A stretch of DNA of 61,771 nt from NCBI GenBank assembly GCA_016929015.1, contig JAFGJQ010000043.1, forward strand, positions 1 to 61,771, in the 5' to 3' direction. The notes under the pieces are model-generated. The model ran no database searches, was not told the origin of the DNA, and saw nothing but the letters and a program-made list of their open reading frames with translations. A program made the position numbers and the translations under genes. Position 1 is the first letter of the stretch; every line of letters starts with the position of its first letter. The stretch is from Phycisphaerae bacterium (GTDB lineage Bacteria; Planctomycetota; Phycisphaerae; UBA1845). This document shows, piece by piece, positions 54,970 through 61,771 of the stretch.

Positions 54970-55293
54970 TCAATTGCCGTTCGCAATCTCTTGCATCAGC
55001 ACGTCGATTCCCTTGTGCAGCCGTTCGACCGTGCCGTGGTCGCCTACGACTTGCCACTCTCGCCAGTTGTCGCCTTCGCTGCCCAGCACGAGCACCACGA
55101 CGCACCGATCTACACCCGTGCCATCGTGCCGTCTGTGCTCTTCCAGAATCGCAGAATCGCCGCCAGACACGCGCACGAGCACCGCCCCCACGTCTGAGGC
55201 GTCCGCCTCGCATTGCGTTCCACAGCGGGCCCGCGCGGCCTGCCCGTTGCCCCTGTGCATCCGTTCCGTCGTTCGTTCTGTCGTCGTTGCCAT
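54970..55293 (-). CDS. hypothetical 107-aa protein (element cargo)
   Basis: GGAG RBS before the ATG at 55293. The N-terminal part of track ORF 54970..55575 looks non-coding. Confidence 0.4.
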   Translation of the reverse strand: MATTTERTTERMHRGNGQAARARCGTQCEADASDVGAVLVRVSGGDSAILEEHRRHDGTGVDRCVVVLVLGSEGDNWREWQVVGDHGTVERLHKGIDVLMQEIANGN

Positions 55294-55363
55294 CTCTTCG
55301 CACTCCGTGCTATGGCGTTTCGACCCGTCACCCGGAGCAACACGCCCCGGGCATCGGGGCCGG

Positions 55364-55595
55364 TTACTCCGTGTTCGCTTTGCTCTCACCCTCCAGACCT
55401 CCGGCCCCCACGGCGCTTTCAACCATGAGGCGGACGGCCCGCCGCATGGCGTCAGGGAGGTCAGACCAGCGTTCAATGACCGCTTGTAGATCGGGGTCGG
55501 CAACGCTAGGATTCGGGCCTGTTTCCTCCCATTGGTCCGCCAGCGCGGGAGGTGCAGATTCGTAAGTCGAGTCACCGTCGGGCGTTACGTTTTCT
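55364..55595 (-). other. ORF segment with no start codon of its own; in frame with the att core. Candidate 3' end of the integrase ORF in the excised (circular) form
   Basis: It reads ENVTPDGDSTYESAPPALADQWEETGPNPSVADPDLQAVIERWSDLPDAMRRAVRLMVESAVG...* directly after the att-core translation LRALGLEPKTYGLKGRCS. The int ORF uses the same core frame at attL. Confidence 0.45.
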
Positions 55596-55650
55596 GAGCA
55601 ACGGCCTTTTAAGCCGTAGGTCTTGGGTTCGAGTCCCAACGCCCTCAGTG
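55596..55650 (+). repeat. attR core (3' tRNA-Lys fragment)
   Basis: Identical to 47949-48003. It lacks tRNA nt 1-21. Confidence 0.9.
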
Positions 55651-56070
55651 TTGCAGGTTTGCTCCGTCGGCGCGGGTGCCGGGTGCCCTGCCGCTGCCGC
55701 CCGTCGGCTCGCCTGCGTTCGTGGCGGGGCGGTCTCACCGAACGCGGCGTAGCTGCGCACCACAGTTCCTTTCGGCAAGGAAGCCCCGGACGGGTTCAAC
55801 GAGGCCGGTGTACTCCATGCCACCGCCCTGCCCGCTGCCCGCGACACGCCGCATGACGGCTCAGACGAAATGCCCCTGACGGCCGGCGCGGAAGCCGACC
55901 ATGAACGACGCGATCGCAACACGCCGCACGTTGCCGACGTCCAGTCCGCATCTGCCGGACGGACCGAAAGGTGTTATCTTCGCAGACGTGACCCCGGGTA
56001 TGACTTGCATCCGACGGAACCGAATGCTTCAATGGGGTCGTCGGGAAAACGGCCATCGGGAGCAGGATTC

Positions 56071-56532
56071 ATGACGAAGTGGCAGTACTGGTCACCCTTA
56101 TTCATCGGCGGAGTCGTGGGTGAGATCTTCGGGCTGCAGGCATTCAAGGACGTCACCGGCAATCCGCTCATCTGGATGGGCGTTCTTCCGCTCCTTGTGG
56201 CGTTGATCGGGGCCGTGCAGTTTCAGCTCATCATGTTCGCCGCACAGGCCTTCTTCGCGGCCGTGCTGCCGGTTCCCGTCGGCAAGAGCATTCGCGGAAC
56301 GAAGTGCCGGTTGATCGGTTTTCTCATGCTCTTCGGGCCGTTGATCGCCCTTTTCTTCAAGTTGAGTGGGGCACTCGTGTACCTGGGCATCCAGCGACAT
56401 ACCCTGACGGTCTTCTGGCAGATCTGGTTCATCGGCTGGGGCACGGTCGGGGCCCTGTGCTACCCGGCGGCCCTGCTGATCTATCTGTACTCCGTGCCCA
56501 CGGCCAAGCCGGACTTCGGGGCAAAGGACTGA
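56071..56532 (+). CDS. hypothetical 4-TM membrane protein
   Basis: MTKWQYWSPLFIGGVVGEIFGL..., followed by three more hydrophobic helices. The start is an internal ATG of track ORF 55870..56532. Confidence 0.55.
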   Translation: MTKWQYWSPLFIGGVVGEIFGLQAFKDVTGNPLIWMGVLPLLVALIGAVQFQLIMFAAQAFFAAVLPVPVGKSIRGTKCRLIGFLMLFGPLIALFFKLSGALVYLGIQRHTLTVFWQIWFIGWGTVGALCYPAALLIYLYSVPTAKPDFGAKD

Positions 56533-57039
56533 CCGGCCTTCCATTCCGCCGGCAACGAGCGTCAGCCCGACGAGTACCGCCTGGCGGCCGGCCGGCCGGT
56601 GTTTCCCGGCCGAACCGACGCGAGCGCCGATCTGCAGCGGCGTCACCATGGTTTGCCTGCACTTCGCCGCAAGTGTTCCCGACAGGCCCGCCGTGCCTGG
56701 CGCGGGACGCGCGTTCACGCGGCGTCCTCACCATTGCGTGGGAGGCGAGGCGGTCCTACAATGGGTACGCACGGCTCGGCAGCGGAGCCGGGTCAGGTTA
56801 TCCGGCAAACCCCATGAACGGGACCGTTCCATGGGCGACGGGACGAACAGCCAGGGGTCGACGCTTCTCCCTCCGATTCAGGCTCCTCGTCTGGGCAGCC
56901 ACACAAGACCACATGTGATGATTGTTCCGACTCCGCCCGACAACGCGCGCGGAACGGCGGACCGGGCAGTGCCGGCCGGTCTGAAGCGTCGAAACCCATC
57001 TGCGCGGTGAGGTTTTCGCCACAAACCAGGAGGTGCAGC

Positions 57040-58011
57040 GTGAGCAGCGAGGGCATGACAAGGTGGACGTGGCTGGGGCTCGCACTTGGGGTCTTCACGG
57101 GCCTGACGAGCGCAGACGAACCGCCGCCGATCAACCGACTCGAGGGCGTGGTGGTGTCTCAGGAAGACGGACAACCCGTGGCGGGCGTGCCGGTGGGCGT
57201 CGCAAGCCGGAAGAGGGGCTATCTGATCTTCAACGATGAAGGGCTGAGAACGCACGGAGAACAGGATCTGGTTTTCGGCATGTTTCCCAAGCGAAACGGG
57301 CGGCACTCCTGCCAGACCGTGACGGATGCCGCCGGCCGCTTCGTGCTGGAGAACTTCGCCGCACCCGATGACACCTGGATGATCGCGGCCGGCGATGCAC
57401 AGCACGGTCATGCGATCGAGGCGAGCTTCAAGCCGGAAGACTTCAGGTCAAAACCGCTGCGGCTGGAGCTGCAGAGGCCCGGGCACATTCTGCTCAGCCC
57501 GCCCAAAACGCCCAAAGGAGTGCGGCTCTTCACGAGTATCGGACTGGTCGATTCTGATGCACGGCAGGATGCCGATGCTGCCGTAACGGGAGACGCGGAA
57601 CCCCTGAGCGAGCGGATACGCTACTACGCGTCGATGGAGCTGGGCGAAGGCACCACCAGGCCTCAGCGGATCGGGCCGCTGCCGGGAGGGCATCGGTACA
57701 AGGTGAGCGTGCAGGGATATGGCAACAACCTGCCCTACGCGGCGCTACTGTTCGAGCGTGTGATCACGGTGGAGCCGAACGGAACGGCCGAGGCGGCATT
57801 CGAGTCGGACGGCGGTCTGATCGTCAGTGGCCGGGTCACCGGCAGCGACGACAAGCCGCTGGACAAGGTCAACGTGAAAGTGAAGACCGCCGACGGGACT
57901 CTGATCGGCGGCGTGAGTGACGCGGAAGGAAAGTACGAACTGCACGGCGTGCCGCCGGGGACGCACACGCTGGAGCTTCTTCGACACGCCAAACGCACGG
58001 CGCCTGGCTGA
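57040..58011 (+). CDS. signal peptide plus carboxypeptidase-regulatory-like beta-sandwich repeats; ends at an in-frame TGA inside the last sandwich
   Basis: AGGAGG at 57028-33, then GTG at 57040. Signal: MTRWTWLGLALGVFTGLTSA. Sandwich motifs: LEGVVVSQEDGQPVAGVPVGV...DAAGRFVLENF and VSGRVTGSDDKPLDKVNVKVKTADGTLIGGVSDAEGKYELHGVPPGTHTLEL. Confidence 0.7.
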   Translation: MSSEGMTRWTWLGLALGVFTGLTSADEPPPINRLEGVVVSQEDGQPVAGVPVGVASRKRGYLIFNDEGLRTHGEQDLVFGMFPKRNGRHSCQTVTDAAGRFVLENFAAPDDTWMIAAGDAQHGHAIEASFKPEDFRSKPLRLELQRPGHILLSPPKTPKGVRLFTSIGLVDSDARQDADAAVTGDAEPLSERIRYYASMELGEGTTRPQRIGPLPGGHRYKVSVQGYGNNLPYAALLFERVITVEPNGTAEAAFESDGGLIVSGRVTGSDDKPLDKVNVKVKTADGTLIGGVSDAEGKYELHGVPPGTHTLELLRHAKRTAPG

Positions 58012-58077
58012 GGTTCCGGGCCCAAAGACATCTCCTGGTCGCAGGAGATCGCTCTGCCGGTCGGGCAGAGTACGGTT

Positions 58078-60666
58078 GTGCGAGACATTGCGAAAGTGAA
58101 GGTGCAGTCGGTCCAGGCCGGCACGCCGGCGCCGGACTTTGAGGCGACGACCCTCGACGGCAAGCCGTTCAAGCTCTCGGACCTGCGTGGCAAGGTCGTG
58201 CTGGTGGATTTCTGGGCGACCTGGTGCGTCCCGTGCGTGGCCGAGCTGCCGCGAGTGAAGGCGCTGTACGAGAAATTCGGCGGCGATCATTTCGCGGTGG
58301 TCGGCATCAGCTTCGATTCGGACGCAGCCACGGCACGAAAGTTCACAAGCGCGCAGCAGTTGCCCTGGACGCAGATCTGGGCGGAAAAGGGGGACGAGGG
58401 GCCGATCGCCGGCCTGTACGGCGTGGGCGGGATTCCGGCCACTTTCCTCGTCGGGGCGGACGGCAAAGTGATCGAGCGTGATCTGCGCGGCGACGAACTG
58501 ACGAAGGCCGTCGCACGCGAGACCCGCAAACTGGCCGGCGGCGGCACACCGCCGGACACCTCGCCGATGGGTGATCTGGTGCGGCGCGTGCTGAGAGTGG
58601 ACACGGCCTTGCAGCCGCGGGAGACGCCGGCGGCACTGCCGGCGGAATCACCCGAAGCGCGGGCAGTGCTGAATGCCACCGTCGCCAGATACCGCGAGAT
58701 GAAAAGCTACCGCGACACGTACGGCTGGACGGCACGGCTCGAGCAGAAGAGTGAAGCACCAATGGAGGGGCGAATCGATGGGTCGCTCGCCTGGACATCG
58801 GGTCGCATCGTGAACAAGTCGGACGTGGCGCACGTCTATTGCGACGGCCGGAAGGTCACGTGGTACTGGCCGGCCGCAAACCAATACGTGCAGGAGATCC
58901 AGGACGACGACTTGTCCGGGGCGCTGCACGAGCCGGAGTGGTTTCACTACGGCCAGCGGGCCGCCGGCATGCATCCGCTGGCGGTTCTGCTGGTGGCCGG
59001 CGATAACGCGACGGAATCGCTGCCGATTGTCGTCGTGACAGACGTGCAGCCGACGACGCGCGGAGGCCAATCCGGCCGGTTACTTCACGGACGGTTCCGC
59101 GTAGACGGGCTGCCGCACGCCGCCGCGTTGCCATTCGAAGCGTTCATTGACGATCAACGGGGGCTTTTTGAGGAATTCCGGCTGAACTACACGGACTCGT
59201 ATCGGGCGGCGCTGCGGGAATCCTACGAGGGCGACCCGGACGCCGTGGAACGCGCGGAGATCGTGATCACACTGCGTGACATCGAGTGCGACAAGCCGAT
59301 CGAGGATGCGGCCTTCGTGCTGAACGAACCCGGCGCGCGGAAGATCGACATGTTCAGCGTAATGAGCAACGTCCGCACGGTCCGCCCGAGGCAACTGCTC
59401 GGGCAGGACGCACCCGCTTTGACCGGCACGACTCTGGACGGGTCGCCGTTCGACCTGGCCGCGGAGCGAGGAAAGACGGTGGTAGTGGCGTTCTGGGGCA
59501 CTTGGGCACCGCAGGCGGAACAGATGCTGCGCGAACTCCAGCGCCTGGCCGCGGAAGACACGCCTAACGTGCGCATCGTCGGCGTCGGCCGGAACGACGC
59601 GGTCGGCGGGCCGGCCATGCGCGGGATGATCGAGCGCTGCGGCGTGAAGTTCCCACAGGTAAACGATGGCGACGGCAAACTGGCCGAAGCGTGGAACGTG
59701 GCGTGCCTGCCGCTGATTTACGTCGTGGGCCCCGCCGGCCGCGTGAACCGGGTGCTCCAGAGTTGGACGGACGACGCCCGACAGGAGCTGTCCGATTGTC
59801 TGCCCGGGCTTGCCGGCGGTCCGACCACCCGGCCGGTCGACGCACCGGCCGATCCGTCGGAGCCCGATGAAACGGTCGGATTCACGCTGAAGGTGGACGG
59901 CAAGCCGGTGGGCGATGCCCGCGTGAAGGCCGAGACGCTGGAAAACGCCAATGTCTCCCGCTGGAACATGTCCGAGCAGGACATCGACGGCGACGGGGAA
60001 GCCGAGCTGATCTTCCCCGACTGGCAGGGCAGCCTGTCGATTCTGAAGCCGAGCACGGGCGCACTGCAGCGCATCCAGTTGATGGGAATGGAGGCAACAT
60101 CGATGAATAGCGTGCGCGGCGTGCGCATCGACGGCCAAACGTGCTGGCTGTGCTCGGGAACGCGCTACCGCGTTGTCAACGTGGACTCCCGAGAGGGAGA
60201 AGAGGCGGTGGCCCTGCACTCGCCACGCGGCGAACTGCTCTGGACCTTCCGGCCGCAGGTCGACAAAGGCCTCCATGCACAATCACAGGCCGCGGCCGGC
60301 GACCTTGACGGAGACGGGCGTGTTGAGTTCGTGATCGGAATAACGACGCAAGAAAGGAAGCAGATCGACGAAAACTCCTACGAGATTACCAACATGGCAG
60401 GACGATTGGTCTGGCTCGACCAGACCGGGCAGCGCATTGCCGAGCGGGAAACCGAAGGCAGTATTGAACTGCTCCACGTGACGAACGCCGGGCCGGGCAA
60501 GCCCGCCACGCTCCTGTGCATCAGCAACGGCATGCTGGAACGCTACAGCCTGGCGCCGCCGCCCGGCGGCGACCCGCAGGAGAACGTAGCAGGAATGTCG
60601 CCGGCCGGCCCGTCGGCGTGCATGCCGGCACCCCAGAACACCACGGCCGGCGACAGCGGGGATTGA
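58078..60666 (+). CDS. TlpA-like thioredoxin (CxxC) + LolA-like region + second thioredoxin-like domain lacking CxxC + FG-GAP/VCBS repeats; no signal peptide of its own
   Basis: APDFEATTLDGKPFKLSDLRGKVVLVDFWATWCVPCVAELP. Second domain: GKTVVVAFWGTWAPQAEQ. FG-GAP-like: DIDGDGEAELIF, GDLDGDGRVEFVIG. It is in the same frame as 57040..58011, and the GTG start is only nominal. Confidence 0.75.
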   Translation: MRDIAKVKVQSVQAGTPAPDFEATTLDGKPFKLSDLRGKVVLVDFWATWCVPCVAELPRVKALYEKFGGDHFAVVGISFDSDAATARKFTSAQQLPWTQIWAEKGDEGPIAGLYGVGGIPATFLVGADGKVIERDLRGDELTKAVARETRKLAGGGTPPDTSPMGDLVRRVLRVDTALQPRETPAALPAESPEARAVLNATVARYREMKSYRDTYGWTARLEQKSEAPMEGRIDGSLAWTSGRIVNKSDVAHVYCDGRKVTWYWPAANQYVQEIQDDDLSGALHEPEWFHYGQRAAGMHPLAVLLVAGDNATESLPIVVVTDVQPTTRGGQSGRLLHGRFRVDGLPHAAALPFEAFIDDQRGLFEEFRLNYTDSYRAALRESYEGDPDAVERAEIVITLRDIECDKPIEDAAFVLNEPGARKIDMFSVMSNVRTVRPRQLLGQDAPALTGTTLDGSPFDLAAERGKTVVVAFWGTWAPQAEQMLRELQRLAAEDTPNVRIVGVGRNDAVGGPAMRGMIERCGVKFPQVNDGDGKLAEAWNVACLPLIYVVGPAGRVNRVLQSWTDDARQELSDCLPGLAGGPTTRPVDAPADPSEPDETVGFTLKVDGKPVGDARVKAETLENANVSRWNMSEQDIDGDGEAELIFPDWQGSLSILKPSTGALQRIQLMGMEATSMNSVRGVRIDGQTCWLCSGTRYRVVNVDSREGEEAVALHSPRGELLWTFRPQVDKGLHAQSQAAAGDLDGDGRVEFVIGITTQERKQIDENSYEITNMAGRLVWLDQTGQRIAERETEGSIELLHVTNAGPGKPATLLCISNGMLERYSLAPPPGGDPQENVAGMSPAGPSACMPAPQNTTAGDSGD

Positions 60667-60670
60667 CCGA

Positions 60671-60727
60671 GGGCATTCTAAGGTGTCAGGGCATTCTAAG
60701 GTGTCAGGGGCATTCTAAGGTGTCAGG
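60671..60727. repeat. three tandem 18-19-bp units gggcattctaaggtgtcag
   Basis: Read directly; the repeat begins 5 nt after the stop at 60666. Confidence 0.85.
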
Positions 60728-60939
60728 ATGATTTTCCGGACCGATGCCGTAATGCGTACCGGGGTGGTCGGCGGAGCGCGCCCGTACCCACGTGAATCGT
60801 CGCCATCCGCCCGCCACCGAGGGCGGTCGAAGCCCGCCATTCTGGACCGGGCGTTTAAGGGAGAGTTGTGAGCCGCCCGGACCCGGCGGCCTCCGGTCGG
60901 AACAGGAGCGCAGCACGCCATGGCAGCAGGTGGGGCAAC

Positions 60940-61000
60940 GTGTCCGACGTGTCAGACGTGTCCGACCGGTCCGACGGGTCCGACGTGTCCGACGGGTCCC
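60940..61000. repeat. about 6.5 tandem 9-bp units (NNgtccgac)
   Basis: gtgtccgac gtgtcagac gtgtccgac cggtccgac gggtccgac gtgtccgac gggtccc. It lies 30 nt upstream of the four-helix-bundle gene. Confidence 0.85.
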
Positions 61001-61031
61001 GAAACGAAACAACCGCCATAGGAGCCATCCA

Positions 61032-61634
61032 ATGCACGGAAAGGGCGACCTGATCCAGCCGCACGGGGGCTACCGCAAGCTGCGCAGCTTCCAGACGGCG
61101 CGGATCGTCTACGACGCCACCATCGTGTTCTGCGACCGCTTCATCGACAAGCGATCGCGCCCCCACGACCAGATGGTGCAGGCCGCACGTAGCGGCGTGC
61201 AGAACATCGCGGAAGGCAGCATGGCCTCCGCCACGTCGAAGAAAACCGAGCTGAAGCTCACGGGCGTGGCCCGGGCAAGCCTGGAGGAACTGCTGCTGGA
61301 CTACGAAGACTTCCTGCGGCAGCGCGGCCTGCCCGTCTGGCACAAAAACGCGCCGCAAGCGCTGGCCGTGCGGACAAGGTACCGCGCGGAAGAACTGGGC
61401 CAACTGGAGTCGCAAGACCCCTACGCCGTGCGGCAGGCATCTGCGGAGGCGGCCGCGAACACGCTGATCTGCCTGATTCAGCAGGCGAGCTATCTGCTGG
61501 GCCGGCAGTTGCAGACGCTGGAAGAGCAGTTCTCGTCGGAAGGCGGATTCACCGAGCGGATGTACCGCCAGCGCCAAAGGCGCAGGGCAGGCGCGGGCGA
61601 CGCAACGCGCGGATCGAGCCCGTACGACAGATAA
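61032..61634 (+). CDS. four-helix-bundle protein (23S rRNA intervening-sequence protein family) with C-terminal suffix domain
   Basis: AGGAG RBS. YRKLRSFQTARIVYDATIVFCDRF...MVQAARSGVQNIAEGS...ARASLEELLLDYEDFLRQRGLPVW. Confidence 0.75.
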   Translation: MHGKGDLIQPHGGYRKLRSFQTARIVYDATIVFCDRFIDKRSRPHDQMVQAARSGVQNIAEGSMASATSKKTELKLTGVARASLEELLLDYEDFLRQRGLPVWHKNAPQALAVRTRYRAEELGQLESQDPYAVRQASAEAAANTLICLIQQASYLLGRQLQTLEEQFSSEGGFTERMYRQRQRRRAGAGDATRGSSPYDR

Positions 61635-61660
61635 AACCCGCCCGGCCGGTCCCCCCAAAC

Positions 61661-61735
61661 CCCACAGCCCAGCGCCTACAGCTCGCCACAGCGAGTCGCC
61701 GGGGCGACCTACAGTCTACAGTCCACAGCCTATGT
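61661..61735. repeat. REP-like element, inverse copy of 20741-20789
   Basis: cccacagcccagcgcctacagctcgccacagcgagtcgccggggcgacctacagtctacagtccacagcc. Confidence 0.8.
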
Positions 61736-61771
61736 CCCCCCGCTCGCCGCGGCGAGTCGCGCGCGCCGACC

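Larger units (their letters stand above)
47949..55650. mobile_element. ~7.6-kb integrative element inserted in the 3' part of tRNA-Lys (integrase, HTH, DUF3987 helicase, two excisionase-type HTH proteins, small cargo genes)
   Basis: Perfect 55-bp direct repeats at 47949-48003 (tRNA nt 22-73 plus GTG) and 55596-55650. A tyrosine integrase sits next to the intact tRNA. All internal genes are on the minus strand. There are local AT-rich patches (for example 49741-49800). Confidence 0.85.

Noticed and set aside
54060-55565. 501-aa plus-strand ORF across the element cargo region
   Set aside because: It is Arg/Pro/Ser-rich and antisense to four compact minus-strand genes, two of which have good RBSs and one a lipobox.
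55364-55738. 124-aa ORF as an independent gene
   Set aside because: Its only start codon lies outside the element, and the ORF then crosses attR (a tRNA fragment). The upstream 45 codons are Arg-rich junk. Only the part inside the element looks coding, and that part is interpreted as the displaced integrase 3' end.
56533-57039. Possible gene or RNA in the 500-bp gap before the beta-sandwich/TlpA locus
   Set aside because: The ORFs there (56304-56918, 56648-57010, 56793-57134) overlap in several frames with junk composition. I saw no convincing structure or repeat.

Overview
61,771-bp, very GC-rich chromosomal window. The gene content and repeat families suggest a Planctomycetota, probably Phycisphaerae-like, genome (inference). 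Supporting signs are a PEP-CTERM anchor, dockerin/EF-hand-type Ca repeats, a DUF1570-like protein, and hairpin REP families that translate into junk ORFs such as 'IRHSSF', 'KPVPH' and 'STVHSL'. The housekeeping backbone is: a partial M32 carboxypeptidase, a LOG/TIGR00725-like protein, xylB, a pfkB-family kinase, recO, fused aroD-aroE plus aroK, gatB, surE, nnrE, two hybrid sensor kinases with a NarL-type regulator, and tRNA-Lys(UUU). Accessory or unusual content: (1) a module of PilT, a catalytically degenerate membrane-anchored GspE-like protein and two membrane proteins (867-6402). (2) Two giant secreted multidomain proteins (12414-15734 and 35193-38465). (3) An FGE/C-type-lectin-fold PEP-CTERM gene followed by a broken avd-like gene, possibly a decayed diversity-generating retroelement. 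(4) A 2,295-aa Sec-signal RHS protein with a C-terminal AHH-like nuclease and a double-CxxC immunity gene. (5) A ~3.7-kb insertion bracketed by a duplicated surE 3' end. (6) A ~7.6-kb integrase/excisionase/DUF3987-helicase element in tRNA-Lys, bounded by 55-bp direct repeats; its integrase ORF appears to run across attP. (7) A TlpA-like thioredoxin/FG-GAP protein separated from its signal-peptide-bearing N-terminal part by one in-frame TGA, followed by a SECIS-like hairpin. Most long ORFs in the supplied track that lie antisense to these genes are GC-driven artefacts. All family assignments come from motif recognition by eye; no database search was run.
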